From positions 1 through 64,000 of the IMG/VR virus record IMGVR_UViG_2900588628_000001: a stretch of DNA of 64,000 bases. One strand, given 5' to 3'. A program made the position numbers and the translations under genes. This DNA is from a virus. Its lineage: Duplodnaviria; Caudoviricetes. Shown here in pieces: positions 17,808 to 29,194 of this stretch. The notes beneath the pieces were generated by a model that saw only the letters and a list, made by a program, of their open reading frames with translations, searched no databases and was not told the origin of the DNA. Within the stretch, counting starts at the first letter, position 1. The number at the start of each line of letters is the position of its first letter.

Positions 17808-20800
17808 TTAAACGAGGTAGTCGGAAAGGTTCAAGCCCAGGTGTTTGAACAGGGCATTGACCGATGCAACCGGCTTGCCATCGCTGAACACCTCGCCGTC
17901 CTTGATCGTCACGCGGAAAGCCTTGCGGACGTTGTCAAACGTGCGGCCCTGCAACCCGTCCGGCCCCTTGGCGGCTACCTTTTTCATCGTCGGCGAATAC
18001 TGCACAAACGTGATGTTTATATACGTGTTCGCATGATAGACATAGTGCGCCGACCAACGATCCTGAAACTTCGTCTCATCCGTCGTACCGACGTCGGCAC
18101 CGAGCACGCCCGGCAGCGAGCGAATAGCCTGCAGGATGCCTTGAATGTCCACGCCTGCGGCATCGAGCGCGCGAATCGACTTCGCTTTCTTCGCGTACTG
18201 GCACATTGCCTGCCACTGCGGCGACATGATAGCAAGGGCAATCGCTTGCGCATCGGCCCACGACTCCACATACAGGCGGGCCGATTGCGGCAGTTGCATG
18301 TCCGCGCGCGCGTCCTCAACACCCACTCTCAGGGCGATGTAGTCGCCGGTGTCCTCGAACACGAGTTCCGTCAACTGGCGGCCATACGTGCGCGTGAAAT
18401 CGGCGGGCATGTAGGACGTGTACGCGCTCGCCATGCTCGTGATTTCGTCATTGAGGAAACCGCCCTCAATGGCCGACTTCATTGCCGCGATGAACGGCGC
18501 GGAGAGCTTGTAGCGTTGCGACTGCGAGACGACATACCAGCGCTCTTTACCGTCGTCAATCTTCGACTGTTCGCGGCGGAAACGCGAAATGTCGTAGCCG
18601 AGTGCCGATTCGAGCCGGTCGATCTGCAGGAAGTCCTGCGCGCTGTTGAACCAGTTCAGCGCCCACGCTTCGAGCGCTTCCGGCGAGCCCGACGATGCAA
18701 CGCCATCGGGCAGGGCGTCGAAAAACGCTTCCGTCAGCTTGAGCGAATCGAGGCACTTTTCCATCGAGATATAAGACGACACGCACGCCACGTCCTGAGC
18801 CGTCGCGCGCAGGCCCGTTGCGCGGGCATAGTCGCGGATAGCAGCGCAGCGGCCGGGCACGTCCATCGCCAGTTTAGGGCCGAGCACGCGCATGTCTTTC
18901 AGGCGCACGTTATCGCGGAAATCGCGCTCTGCGATGAGCGGTTCCTGCTCTGCCTTGATGCGCTCGATAAACGCGCTGCCCGTCGCGTTGCTCACGAGGA
19001 TGAACGGGAACAGCGGCGGCGCGAGCGAAATCGTGTCGCTATCGACCATCATCGACGGAATCGCAACCGTGAGCGCTTCGCGCACGTCGCCATTCAGACT
19101 CGAATACAGATACGGGCTCTCTGCCGAGAATCCCGACGTCGTATTCGCGATCACCTGTTCGTCAGCGGCGGCGGCACGCGAGACGGCGGCCGAATACTGC
19201 GGCGTGTTCTTTTCCACGAACACCGGCCCCGTCATGCGCAGCACTTCCGTTTCAGACTGGTCGGCCGGGTTGTAGCCAACGAAGCCCTTGGCGGCGTCCA
19301 CTGCCTTACGCGGCTTGGCGATCACGAGCAGCTTGTTTTGATACTCGACAAACGAGCCGAGCGCAACGAGGTTGCCGGTCACGATAGCAGCATCACCGCG
19401 CATGAACTGGTCGAGCACTTCACCCGAATAGCCGTCGTCGGTGCGGTTGCCAAACGTCACGCCTGCCTCATCGCGCATGCGGCTCGCCATCGCGAGGTCT
19501 TTCTGCCAGTTCGCGTAAGCCGTCGTCGCCTTTTCGTCGTCGCTGATCGCGGACCATTCGGAGCGCACGACAACGAGGCCGCGCGAATCGCGCTGCAGGC
19601 CGTCGAGCACTTCGAGCTGGGTTTGCAGCTTGGCGCGCAGGTTCGAGATTTCCGTGCTCAGGCGCTTGGACATGAGAGCCGACTCAGTCTTGTCCAGACG
19701 CTCTTGCAGTTCGCCGATCTTGTACGCCGTTTGCTGCGCCGCGCCGTTTTTGTTTTTGATCCACGCGGCAAAGCCCTTGCGGCCGTCGGTGTCGCGCGCG
19801 TCCGGGCCGCCCATGCCGAATTTCGCAAGCCAGTTCTGCTGCGCTTCGATGATGCGCACGGCCTGCAACTGCGACACCTTGGCGGCTGTGATCTTTTCGC
19901 GCTTGTTGCGCGCGGCGATTTCATCGTTGATGCGGTCCATTGCGGACGCATCGCCGACGGCGTTGGCCAGCATTTCGTAATCGGCCGCCGACAGGTCGCC
20001 CTCGATCTTCACGCGCGACGAATCACCGCGCATGAGCGCACCAATCCAGTCCGCCTTGATGCCGACCAGCTTGCGCTTGTACGCGTCAAACGTGCCGTCA
20101 GCGTCATAGTGGTACACCTTGACCGTCTCCACCGGGTTGCCCTGGCGCACGCCGCGCCCGTTGCGTTGGTGGATGCTGTCCGGCGTCCATCCGATCGTCA
20201 TGTGATGGATAGCCTGCGTGCCCTTCTGCAGGTTGATGCCGACCTCTGCCTTTTTGTTGGCGATGACGATGCAATACTTGTTTTCGTCGCCGTCAGCGTT
20301 ATAGCCGTCCTGCACGTCCTGCATGCCCGCGACGTCAACCGAGACAGCATTGACGATCTTGATTTTCGCGGCCGGAATGCCGACCTGCTCGACAAGCGCC
20401 AGCTTGATCTTGTGGTGCAGGCTCAGTTCGTCACAGAAAATGATCTGTTTCGATTTGCCCTGATAGCGCGGGTGCAGGTTTTCGAGCTTGACGTTTTCGA
20501 CCAGCGCGGCGAGCTTGGGGCTGACAGTGATCGACGGCGTAATGTCGTTCGCGCCGAGCAGCTTCAACAGCGTTTCCTGCGTGCTGTAGTCCGTCGAGAG
20601 CAGTTCGACAGCAGAGCCCGCCTGCGCCATGCGTGCGCGGATCGTCACGAGGTACTTGGAGACGGATTCGCCCGTTTCCGCGTCCTTGACTACCTTGGTG
20701 CGAATGTCGGCCGGGTCCGCGTTGTTGTCCCAATAGTCGCGTTCCTCAACGACGTTCTTTTTGTTGAACGCGTCGATAGCCTTTTGCGCACCGTCGCGCT

Positions 20801-23800
20801 GATCGGCCGCGAACGAGAACGTGAAAATGCCGGTGTCCAGTTCCGCGTCATTGATGACGCGCGGCATCTTGCGGATCAGGTTGAACGGCGAACCCGTCAG
20901 CTTGTCCTCTGCATCGCCGCCGCCAGCCTTAAGCCGCTCGACGGCTTCGAGATACCGGTTTTTGTAGTCGATGATGGTGTCATACGACGCTTGCCCGATA
21001 GCGACGCCCGTTGCGACCTCATCGTATGCCGGGACGCTGATGTCGATGCCGTCGGCCTTGACGTCGTCGGCCGTCTTGATGAGCGCGGACGTTTGCAACA
21101 GGCGGCGCAGCAGACCGGCGTTTTGCAGGCCCGTAAAGACGCGCACCGGCCGCATGATGCCGACAATGTTTTCTTCCTCGCGTTCTTCGATATCGCACGC
21201 GGCGGCCATGAAGGAATCCGCGCCATTCACGCCGTACATTGCGTTCACTTCGCGCTCGCCAAGCGCCAGCGTGAGCATCGAATAGACTTCGAGCGGGCTG
21301 TTGGTGACGGGCGTTGCCGTGAGCGCGAGCACGCCATCATTGCGCGTCGAGAGCCCGCGCACGTACCAAGACTTCGCCTGCATATCCATGCCGCGTTGCG
21401 ACTTCGCCGGATCAGCCAGGTATTTCGCGCCCTTGAACTCGCTCGACGTGAGTTTCGAGTTTTTGTAGTTGTGCGCCTCATCGAGCACGAGCGAATCAAT
21501 ACCCATGTCTTCGAAGTAGGGCAGTGCGCCCGACTTTTCGCCGACGTCCTTAACGTTGCCCTGCTTGCTCGCGGCGGCGATGTTCGCGCGCTTTTTCATC
21601 GCGTCTTCTTCGGCGAGCAGATACGCGTCATCGTGCTCTGTCAGATACGAGATATAGGCGTCCATCGTCTCATCGCGCAGCGGGATGAGCTTGAACGCTT
21701 CGAGCGTCATGAAAATCTTGCTGTGACGGTTCTCGCGGATCGTGTTCAGGTCGAGCTTGACCTGCGCGTTATCGACCTTGTCTTTGCCGTCCTTGCCCTG
21801 CACGATGCCGACAAAGAGGCAATCCGACGTATCGAGGTACGCCTTACCGGCTTCCTTTTTCCAGTTCGTGAGCGTCGCGTTAGGCACCACGAAAATGGTT
21901 TTCTTCTTTACGCCGATGCTCTGCGCGTACTGCACCGATGCCAGAGCCGTGAGCGTCTTGCCAAGGCCCACATCAAAGCCGAGGATGCCCGAAAACTGGC
22001 GGGCGTAGCGGCGCGCGGCGGCGTACTGGTACGCGTGCGGGCGGAACGTGACCGTGTTGAGGTTCGGAATGTCGAGCGGCGTGCCGTCCGGTTCCTCAAT
22101 GAAGCGCAGCGCTTCCGGCGCGTTCAGCTTGTTGCGCAGGCTTACCTGAATCTCATCGTTGGCGCGCGCCCACGCATCGAACTGGGCTTTCGCGTTGTCG
22201 GTGATTTCCTTGATGCGGCGAAGCAATGCGGCCTCGCGAGCAGGATCTTGCTCGACGTCCGTTTGCTTCGACATGGTCGTGATGTTCTGGTTGCGAAGGT
22301 AACCCTTCACGAACCGTTGCATCGCCTTGTAGGCGGCTTTTTCTTCGTCGTTGGCCCACTTCGACAGCGAGGGCTGTTTGATATCGAAAACGTCGCGGCC
22401 TTCCGCGTCCGTCGTCAGAAAGATATCCGGCGAGACGTACTGTTTCAGGAAATCCAGCTTTTGCAGCGGCGAGATATGCGGCGTGAAAAGGCTGAACGTC
22501 ATTTTCGAGACGTCAACGATGTTCACGCGCGACTTTGCCGCTTCCTGCTGTTTCACGAGCTTGGCGCGGATATCCGGGTCCGTGCACTGTTCGAGCGCCG
22601 CGTCCGCCTGTTTCAGGAAGTCCGCATAGGAGCCGGTGTAATAGTCGTTCGCATGCGTGACATGCTGACCGTCGGCCGACACACACCACTCATCGGATGC
22701 CAGCGGGTCGAAATCGGAAAACGCCTCGCGCATCTTCTCGACGGACACATAGCCGGTTTCGTCTTCGCTTTCGTACTTCGTCTTTTCGTACAGTTGCGTG
22801 GGCGTGAGCGCGACGGTGCTCACGTTGGCCTTGATTTAGCCGCGCCAGAATGCCGTAAATTCATTCTTGTAACGGGCGTTGCGAATCGAGAGCAGCGCGT
22901 CCTTTTCGAGGCGCGAGGCCTTGCCGATGGTCTTGTTGCCGTAGTTCTGGACCTTGGCGAGTTGCGCGGAAAGAACCGGGTACGCTTCGAGGTAGTTGAA
23001 CGGCTCGACACTGTCCGCGTCCTGCATGAGTTGCATCGCGGCCATGCCCGCCGTGACCGCTTCCCACCACGGTTGCATGTCGCCCTCGCCGAGCGAGTCG
23101 ATAGCCTTGAGCGTTGCCGTAAGCCACGCGGGCACGTCGGAATAGCTGCCCTTGGCGTTGCTGTAGCGCGCGTATGCCTGCGCATCGGCGAGGCTCACGG
23201 ACGCCGTCACGGCCTCGAATGCCGTCGCGATCTTCGTGCCGACGTCGAGCATGGCGCGATCATCCGCAACCGACGAATCGAGCGCCGTCCACGCGCCATC
23301 GTTGTACTGCAGCGTCTGCCCGTCCTTATGGATCACGTCACCATCTTTGTAGACGATGGGTGCCGTTTCCGCCGCGTTGAGCAAGTCCCAGACGATATGC
23401 GAATCGGGGAACCGGCGAATCATCTTGGCGATGTTGCTGATCGAGTCATCGGAAATGACGGCTGCGACCTCGCCAAACTTGCCGTTGGTCGTGCCGACCT
23501 CGCCGAGCACAAAGCGCTTGCCGGTGCCGGTGAAATAGCGGCCTTCCAGAAACTCATCCCACAGCACGTTTGCCGCGCGCAGGGTGTCCGGGCTCTGCGT
23601 TTCCAGTTCGCTGATTTTCGTCGCGGTGTCGCGCGAGAATTTGCGGAATACGATCACGTCGGTGATCGTGTCGGCGGCGGCCGATTCGCTGAAAATCTTG
23701 TTCGGCAAGCGATACGCGCCGACAAATTCAGCCATCAACGACGCCTGCAGGCGCAGTTTCTGAGCCTTGGCACCCTTGCCGCTGACAATCGACGGCGGCA

Positions 23801-24635
23801 CGATGAACGCAGCGAGGCCGTTCGGGCGCAGCTTCTGCAGCGAGCGCAGGATGAAATACTCTTGCAGGTTCGCTTTCTGGAAGCGCTTGTCGGCGAGCTT
23901 CGCATCACCGCGCATGGCGTTGTCGCCAAACGGAACGTTGGTGATGATCGCGTCGTAAATCTCATCGGGCGTAGCAGCCGCGACGGCCTCGAACGGCGAT
24001 ACCGTCGTGCTGACGGTCGGGCCATCGTTGATGAGGCCGTTGATCGTGCCGCTCGTTTCATCGAGTTCGATCTGCGTCATCACGGCCGATGCCGGGCGCG
24101 TCGCGGTAAATACGCCGCTGCCTGCCGACGGGTCGAGCACGCTGCCGCCATTGAAGCCCAGTTCGCCGAGCAAATCCCACATCGCCTGAGCAACGGGCTT
24201 CGGGGTGTAATACTCGTGCGGCGAGCCGGTAAGGCCGTCCGCGCCGGTGAGGCCGCCGCCATTGCCCGAATACTTCGCGAGCACAGTGCGGTCTTCGTCG
24301 GTTACGGCGCGCCCAGTGGCCTTAAGGTCGCGCATGAGGTCGATAGCCGCGTTGTTATCGCGCTGCCGCTGTGCGAGCGTTTTACGGCCTTCCTCAGGGT
24401 AATACTCTGCCGTCGGTTCCGTGCGCACCGGCGCGGGTTCCGGCGCAGGCTCGACGGCGGCCGGGCGCACGCCGAGCGCCAGGGCGATATCGCGCAGCCG
24501 CTTGCCGATTTTGAGTGCCCGGATCACGTCGGCGGTATCGGCCGACAGGGATGCGCGCTCAGTGATGAGGTCGCGCGCCTCTTTCGCCAGTTTCAGGCGT
24601 CCGAGGTCGATTTGTAGATTGGTCATATTCGCCAA
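17808..24635 (-). pseudogene. darB: DarB-like antirestriction protein (N6-adenine MTase + SF2 helicase) interrupted by one in-frame TAA at 22836-22838
   Basis: MTase motifs VLDPSAGSG and TNVPFG; helicase motifs FDVGLGKT, DEAH, TATP, QRNGRGVRQGN; both ORFs share a frame (..FWRG*IKANVSTV..); joined about 2275 aa. Confidence 0.85.
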
Positions 24636-24657
24636 TAAAGGTAGGTGGGCGCGTTAA

Positions 24658-24700
24658 ATTCTCGCGGCCGTTTATGCCTTCACTGGCGCGGCTTTTCCTA
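24658..24700 (-). promoter_or_regulatory. Late promoter for darB-ulx
   Basis: TAGGAAAA (24700-24693), N29, GAGAAT. Confidence 0.75.
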
Positions 24701-24702
24701 CG

Positions 24703-24728
24703 AAAAAGCCCCGTTTTCAGGGGCTTTT
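24703..24728. terminator. Intrinsic terminator after darA
   Basis: AAAAAGCCCC..GGGGCTTTT. Confidence 0.75.
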
Positions 24729-24741
24729 CCATGCTGCTTTA

Positions 24742-27700
24742 CTATCCGGCGATTGCCTTGGTCATGTAGTCCGTGTACGAGTTGACCGCGTCGCGCACGG
24801 CCGCCTCGATATCGGCATCACCCGGATATTTGCCGAGCGTCGTGTCGATGCGTTCGGCAACACCGTCGGCCATCATGTCGATGCTCTGCGCGGTGACCGT
24901 CTGGAGAAACGCGAGGTCGGCAGCGCGCTCGCTGTTCACTTCGGGCTCGATGGGCTGCACTTCCGTGATGCCTTCCGGCAGCGGGTCCGTCACCTGCGCA
25001 CCGGGATCAGCAGCGGGCAGCGTCCAGCCGTCGTCGGGCCATTCTTCGGCCATTACGGCGGTCACCTCTGCGGCGAGGTCAGGGCGCTTCTGAGCAATCC
25101 ACGTTGCGAGCGCGGAGCGCGTCACGCCGTCCTCGTTGTCGGACGCGAGCGAGTAGAGCACGCGGTAGACGTCGATGCGGCGCAGCGCGTTGATGGAGTC
25201 AGCAGCGATAGCGATGTACTTCTGCATGGTTTCGTCAGAGAGAGGGGAGGCCGTCACAGTAGCAGGGGCGGGCGTCTCGACAGTGGTCGCGCTTTCCTCG
25301 CCGGTCGGTTGGTCCGTCGTGAGCGCAGCATCGCCCGGCAGCGGCGCGGCATCGGCGGCGGCTTGTGCGGCTTCTTCACGGCCACGCTTGTTGCCGACGA
25401 TCCACGCGGCCTGCAGCGTGTCCTCATCGTTCGTGACCCAGTCGGGCGGCGTGGTGTCACCCTGCAGGCCCGCGTTGTAGCCTTCCGTCGCGGCGCGGTC
25501 CAAGTCGGCCTCTGCAGCGAGCGCGGCGGCGGCCGGATCGACAGCCGGGGCGGCAGCGCTTTCAGCAGTCGGCTTGAGCCATTCAGCCGCTTCCGGGCTG
25601 GGCGTCAGGTCGGGCTCGCCACCAAGCGATGCAATGAACGCTTCCGGGTCGATACCATTTTTAGGGGCGAGTTCGCGGAAATCCGCGAGAATCTCGTGCG
25701 CGCGGTCAATGTCCTTTTGGCGATTACGAAGCGCGTCGGCCTGATACCGTCCATTGCCGCCGATACGCTGTTCGAGCGACTTCGCCGCCTCGATACCGTC
25801 GGCAATGCCGCGCAGCGTTTCGAGAGCAAACTCGACATTCTTGCGAAGACGATCAGGCACGGTCGGCGCAGTGGCTTGTTCCACCGGCGCAGCAATCGCG
25901 GCTTCCGCTACTTGGGGTTCGGGCTTAAAGGCGGTGCTTGCGGCCCATTCCATCGTGCGTGCGTCGAATGCCGCCGCGATTTCGCTGGCGTCGCCGTCGC
26001 GCGTGTCTACGTCGAATACCTGGTCGAATCCGAGCACGAGCGAGAGGTAACGCGCGGTGTCGTCAAACTGCGCCAAAACGATGCGGTCGCCGCCTTCGTT
26101 GAGTTCGCCGGGCACGGCCCCGCCGACGTTCTTCTGCACAATCATCGGGGATGCACTCTCGCGCCAGCCCAGTTCCCTGAGGGCGGCAATCACGAGTTCC
26201 GACTTGTGCGGCGCTTCCGGCTCAGGGGCGGCCTGCGCGGATTCGCTCGCGTCGGGTTGTGCGTCCGGTTGAAGGTCGTTCGCGAGCGCGTTGAGCAGGT
26301 CATCGTCAATAACAGTCGTGTCCGGCTTGCGCTCTGCGACCGTATAGCCCGCGTCGCGCAATTGCTGGATCGTATCGTCCACCTGCGTGTGAAGCACCTT
26401 GCCCGTGCCGTCCGTGTGCGCCGCGATGTTTTTCCACGCTTCTTCACCTGCGGGCGTTTCGGGATAGAACGCGGTAAACATGTCGTCAACCGGCGCATAC
26501 GAGATATCAGGCGTGACGTTGGCGGCGGCCGTGGCGTCAGGCGCATCAAGCGCGAGTTGTCCCTGTGCGGCGGCGGCTGCAGCGGCTTCGGCTTCTGCGT
26601 TCGCTACGCTTTCCTGATACTTCGCGAGATAGTCCAGACTCGTCTGAATGTCATCCGGGTGCATCTGCTTGAGCTTTGCGCGCAGGTCGTATTCATCGAG
26701 CTTTTCGCCGCCATTGATCGACGTCGGCTCGTAGGTCGCCATGCGGCGCAGGTCATCGAGCGAAAGAGCGTCGATCTGCGCATCGAGTGCCGCCTGAATT
26801 GCGTCGAGCGTCGCATTGTCCTGATTGTCGATTGCCGTCTGAGCAACGGTCTTTTCGGGTTCAGCGACAGCGACAGCGACAGCGACAGCGGCCAGTGCCG
26901 GTTCAGCCACAACAGGCAGCACGCGCTTTTGTTCGACCTCGATTTCCAGTTCGGAGATTTCCGCGTTGAGGTTTTCGAGCGTCACTACACCATCGTCATA
27001 CTGCTTTTGCAGGCCTGCGATGTTCTCCATGCGTTCGGCGCGCTTGGTGTTCGTCTCTGCGAAGCGCGAACTGTTGCGACCGGCGAGCGTCATCACACGC
27101 GCGGCGACATTCTGGACATTGAGGTCGCGGCCCTTTTCCGGCGCGACGACAATCGTAATGTCCTTTTTGTTGAGCATCCATTTCCACGAAACAACGTCGT
27201 CAGTCGCCATGATCTTTTTGGGCGTGACGTCGGGATTGTGGAAAAAGATCGAGACGGTTTGACCGTCCGACAGTTCGAACACGGCTGCAACGTTGGTCGT
27301 ACCGCGCTGCGTGAAAGGCTCAGTGACCTGCACAGAAAGCACGCTGATACCGTCGCCCTTGCGGTCCATCACCTTGCGCAGGATTTCCATGCGTTGCGGC
27401 AGCTTGGCGAACGGGATCACGAGCGCATCGAGCGTCACCACACCGTCAGCATCGCCGAGAATATCGGCGATGCTCACCGGGTCGAAAATCAGGCCGTCAG
27501 AGCCATCGCTCGAGCGAATTTCGTACAGCACCTGCGCGAGGGTCTTGCCGACGGGCATGTTCGCGCTATCCCAAAGCACCTTTTGCATGGGGTTCCTTTC
27601 CTCGTGTGGGAGTTGATCTTGCGTAAGCGGAATGGACATATCGCCGTTGGTCATCCACCAACGTAGTTGCGCGATAGAGCAGGGCACACAGCTTTCGAGG

Positions 27701-28122
27701 CCCGGCCAGCCCGCATTGAAGTTGCTCAGATAGCCCGCCTCTGCCGTGCGTTGGTCGGGAAAGCCGAGCATTACCTTGTGCTCATCGAACGCGCCGCGCA
27801 CGTTTTGATTCACGACGTAGGCCGTTTGCGCTTCCGGGTACGGGCCGACGTAGCAATCCAGTTCATCGCCGTCCGCGCCGGTCACGCCTTCCACATAGCC
27901 GTAGTGGAATTTCATGAGGTTCGCGCCGCTCGTGCCGTCGGCGGCGCGCCACTCGCGCAGCGAGCCGCGTGGGTTCTCAATCACGACGGGAATGTCCGCT
28001 ACGGCGGCGCGTCCCTTCTTGTAGTTTCCGGCGTCCTGCTGCGCGATGGTCGGCGCGGGGCGCGTGTTGTGCCCGTATGCGCTGTCGTGCGCGGCTTGCT
28101 CGATGTGCGAAAAGGTGTCCAT
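24742..28122 (-). CDS. darA: DarA-like polyvalent internal head protein: inorganic pyrophosphatase-like domain, DarA_N domain, long acidic tail
   Basis: IENPRGSLR..HYGY..G..GADGDELDCYVG..FDEHKVMLGF (InPase); FELSDGQTVSIFFHNPD..W.LNKKDIT..VAPE (DarA_N). Confidence 0.8.
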   Translation of the reverse strand: MDTFSHIEQAAHDSAYGHNTRPAPTIAQQDAGNYKKGRAAVADIPVVIENPRGSLREWRAADGTSGANLMKFHYGYVEGVTGADGDELDCYVGPYPEAQTAYVVNQNVRGAFDEHKVMLGFPDQRTAEAGYLSNFNAGWPGLESCVPCSIAQLRWWMTNGDMSIPLTQDQLPHEERNPMQKVLWDSANMPVGKTLAQVLYEIRSSDGSDGLIFDPVSIADILGDADGVVTLDALVIPFAKLPQRMEILRKVMDRKGDGISVLSVQVTEPFTQRGTTNVAAVFELSDGQTVSIFFHNPDVTPKKIMATDDVVSWKWMLNKKDITIVVAPEKGRDLNVQNVAARVMTLAGRNSSRFAETNTKRAERMENIAGLQKQYDDGVVTLENLNAEISELEIEVEQKRVLPVVAEPALAAVAVAVAVAEPEKTVAQTAIDNQDNATLDAIQAALDAQIDALSLDDLRRMATYEPTSINGGEKLDEYDLRAKLKQMHPDDIQTSLDYLAKYQESVANAEAEAAAAAAAQGQLALDAPDATAAANVTPDISYAPVDDMFTAFYPETPAGEEAWKNIAAHTDGTGKVLHTQVDDTIQQLRDAGYTVAERKPDTTVIDDDLLNALANDLQPDAQPDASESAQAAPEPEAPHKSELVIAALRELGWRESASPMIVQKNVGGAVPGELNEGGDRIVLAQFDDTARYLSLVLGFDQVFDVDTRDGDASEIAAAFDARTMEWAASTAFKPEPQVAEAAIAAPVEQATAPTVPDRLRKNVEFALETLRGIADGIEAAKSLEQRIGGNGRYQADALRNRQKDIDRAHEILADFRELAPKNGIDPEAFIASLGGEPDLTPSPEAAEWLKPTAESAAAPAVDPAAAALAAEADLDRAATEGYNAGLQGDTTPPDWVTNDEDTLQAAWIVGNKRGREEAAQAAADAAPLPGDAALTTDQPTGEESATTVETPAPATVTASPLSDETMQKYIAIAADSINALRRIDVYRVLYSLASDNEDGVTRSALATWIAQKRPDLAAEVTAVMAEEWPDDGWTLPAADPGAQVTDPLPEGITEVQPIEPEVNSERAADLAFLQTVTAQSIDMMADGVAERIDTTLGKYPGDADIEAAVRDAVNSYTDYMTKAIAG
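26862..26890. repeat. (CAGCGA)n hexanucleotide repeat, about 4.8 copies, encoding AVAVAVAVA in DarA
   Basis: Read directly from the sequence. Confidence 0.9.
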
Positions 28123-28128
28123 TGAGCC

Positions 28129-28171
28129 ATTCTCAGGTCGCGCGCGCGCGCGAGCCTCGCGGCTTTTCCTA
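28129..28171 (-). promoter_or_regulatory. Late promoter for darA; spacer contains (CG)7; probably leaderless
   Basis: TAGGAAAA (28171-28164), N29, GAGAAT ending 7 nt before the A of the ATG at 28122. Confidence 0.75.
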
Positions 28172-28180
28172 CGGAATCCG

Positions 28181-28209
28181 TTGCATTTTCAAACGTGACA
28201 ACATACACT
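28181..28209 (+). promoter_or_regulatory. Early sigma70 promoter with operator GTGACAACATAC
   Basis: TTGCAT-N17-TACACT; operator at 28195-28206. Confidence 0.75.
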
Positions 28210-28238
28210 TGAGGCTCATTCACACACCGGGGAAACCC

Positions 28239-28568
28239 ATGAAACTGAAACTGACGAAGAAACTTCAATCGCTCATCCTGCCGACGGAGGGCGAGGCGGC
28301 CGGTACGGCACCGTTCGAGGGCGCGGAGTTGCTGCAAGCGCTCATTCGCGGCGTGTGGGCGGCAGGCGGCATCGCGAAAGATGGCTCGATCAGCCTCGAA
28401 GTGGCTGACACCGACGTCGAACGCCTGCGCGGCCACGCAACGGCGCGCCTCGCCGCGCTGGAGGCATCGCTGGCGAACTGCACCACCGACGAAGAACGCA
28501 AGCCGTTTTTCGGGGAAAACAGCAGTTGGCGCGGCCTCATGCGCCAGATTGATCCGGTCGCGGCCTGA
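28239..28568 (+). CDS. Hypothetical early protein
   Basis: ATG 28239 just downstream of the promoter; 109 aa. Confidence 0.65.
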   Translation: MKLKLTKKLQSLILPTEGEAAGTAPFEGAELLQALIRGVWAAGGIAKDGSISLEVADTDVERLRGHATARLAALEASLANCTTDEERKPFFGENSSWRGLMRQIDPVAA

Positions 28569-28572
28569 TCGC

Positions 28573-28601
28573 TTGCGTCGGATAATGTGACAACATACAA
28601 T
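28573..28601 (+). promoter_or_regulatory. Early sigma70 promoter with operator GTGACAACATAC
   Basis: TTGCGT-N17-TACAAT; operator at 28587-28598. Confidence 0.75.
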
Positions 28602-28627
28602 CGAGTCTCACCCGAAAGGAGCGCGCC

Positions 28628-29185
28628 ATGCTGCAACTGAAATCGAACGCACCGGAAATCAAGTGGATCATCCACAACGCCGACCGCAACGATTTCGCGC
28701 GCTCCCTCAATAACCGCCTGCTCGCGACCGGCACGCTCACGGACCCGATGATTGCGGCCGTCGCGCGCATCGTGTCGCAGAATGCGTCAGCCGCCACGGT
28801 CGATGCAGCGGGCGTCGAGCGCATCGTGACCGCGTTTACGAACGCGCAGGAAAGCGGGTTGAAATACCCGAAAATGTTCCTGGCTGATTTCACGTTCGCG
28901 CTCGCGATGAGCGGGCGCAGCGCGGGCTCGATTTGGGTCACGGAAGGGTTCAAGCGCGGCGGCCGTTACCTTGGCAAGGTTGCAGACGGCAAATTCATCG
29001 CGAGCGACGCATGCACGGCAGCGGAGCGCACAAAGGTGCTCGACGTCTGCGCGGACCCGAAACAGGCCGCCGAGGCATTCGGCAAAGAAACCGGCCGTTG
29101 CGCCTGCTGCGGGCGCGAACTGACGGACCCGGAAAGCATCGCCAACAGCATCGGCCCGATCTGCGCCGGGCGCTACGGGTTTTAA
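28628..29185 (+). CDS. DUF6011-like zinc-ribbon protein
   Basis: C-terminal CACCGRELTDPESIANSIGPIC; AAGGAG RBS. Confidence 0.75.
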   Translation: MLQLKSNAPEIKWIIHNADRNDFARSLNNRLLATGTLTDPMIAAVARIVSQNASAATVDAAGVERIVTAFTNAQESGLKYPKMFLADFTFALAMSGRSAGSIWVTEGFKRGGRYLGKVADGKFIASDACTAAERTKVLDVCADPKQAAEAFGKETGRCACCGRELTDPESIANSIGPICAGRYGF

Positions 29186-29194
29186 GGAGACGGT

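Noticed and set aside
13695-22838. Genome-wide stop-codon reassignment as explanation for the portal TAG and darB TAA
   Set aside because: The two codons differ, and both TAA and TAG end many other late genes normally (capsid, sheath and ulx use TAA; darA and the 35494 gene use TAG).
17787-24617. 2276-aa ORF on the + strand
   Set aside because: Exact antisense shadow of darB in a GC-rich genome; R/V-rich with no motifs. The same applies to + strand ORFs such as 2114..3625, 4063..5727, 25309..27666 and 51350..53317.
26862-26890. Hexamer repeat in darA as a phase-variation switch
   Set aside because: The unit is a multiple of 3, so slippage only changes linker length.
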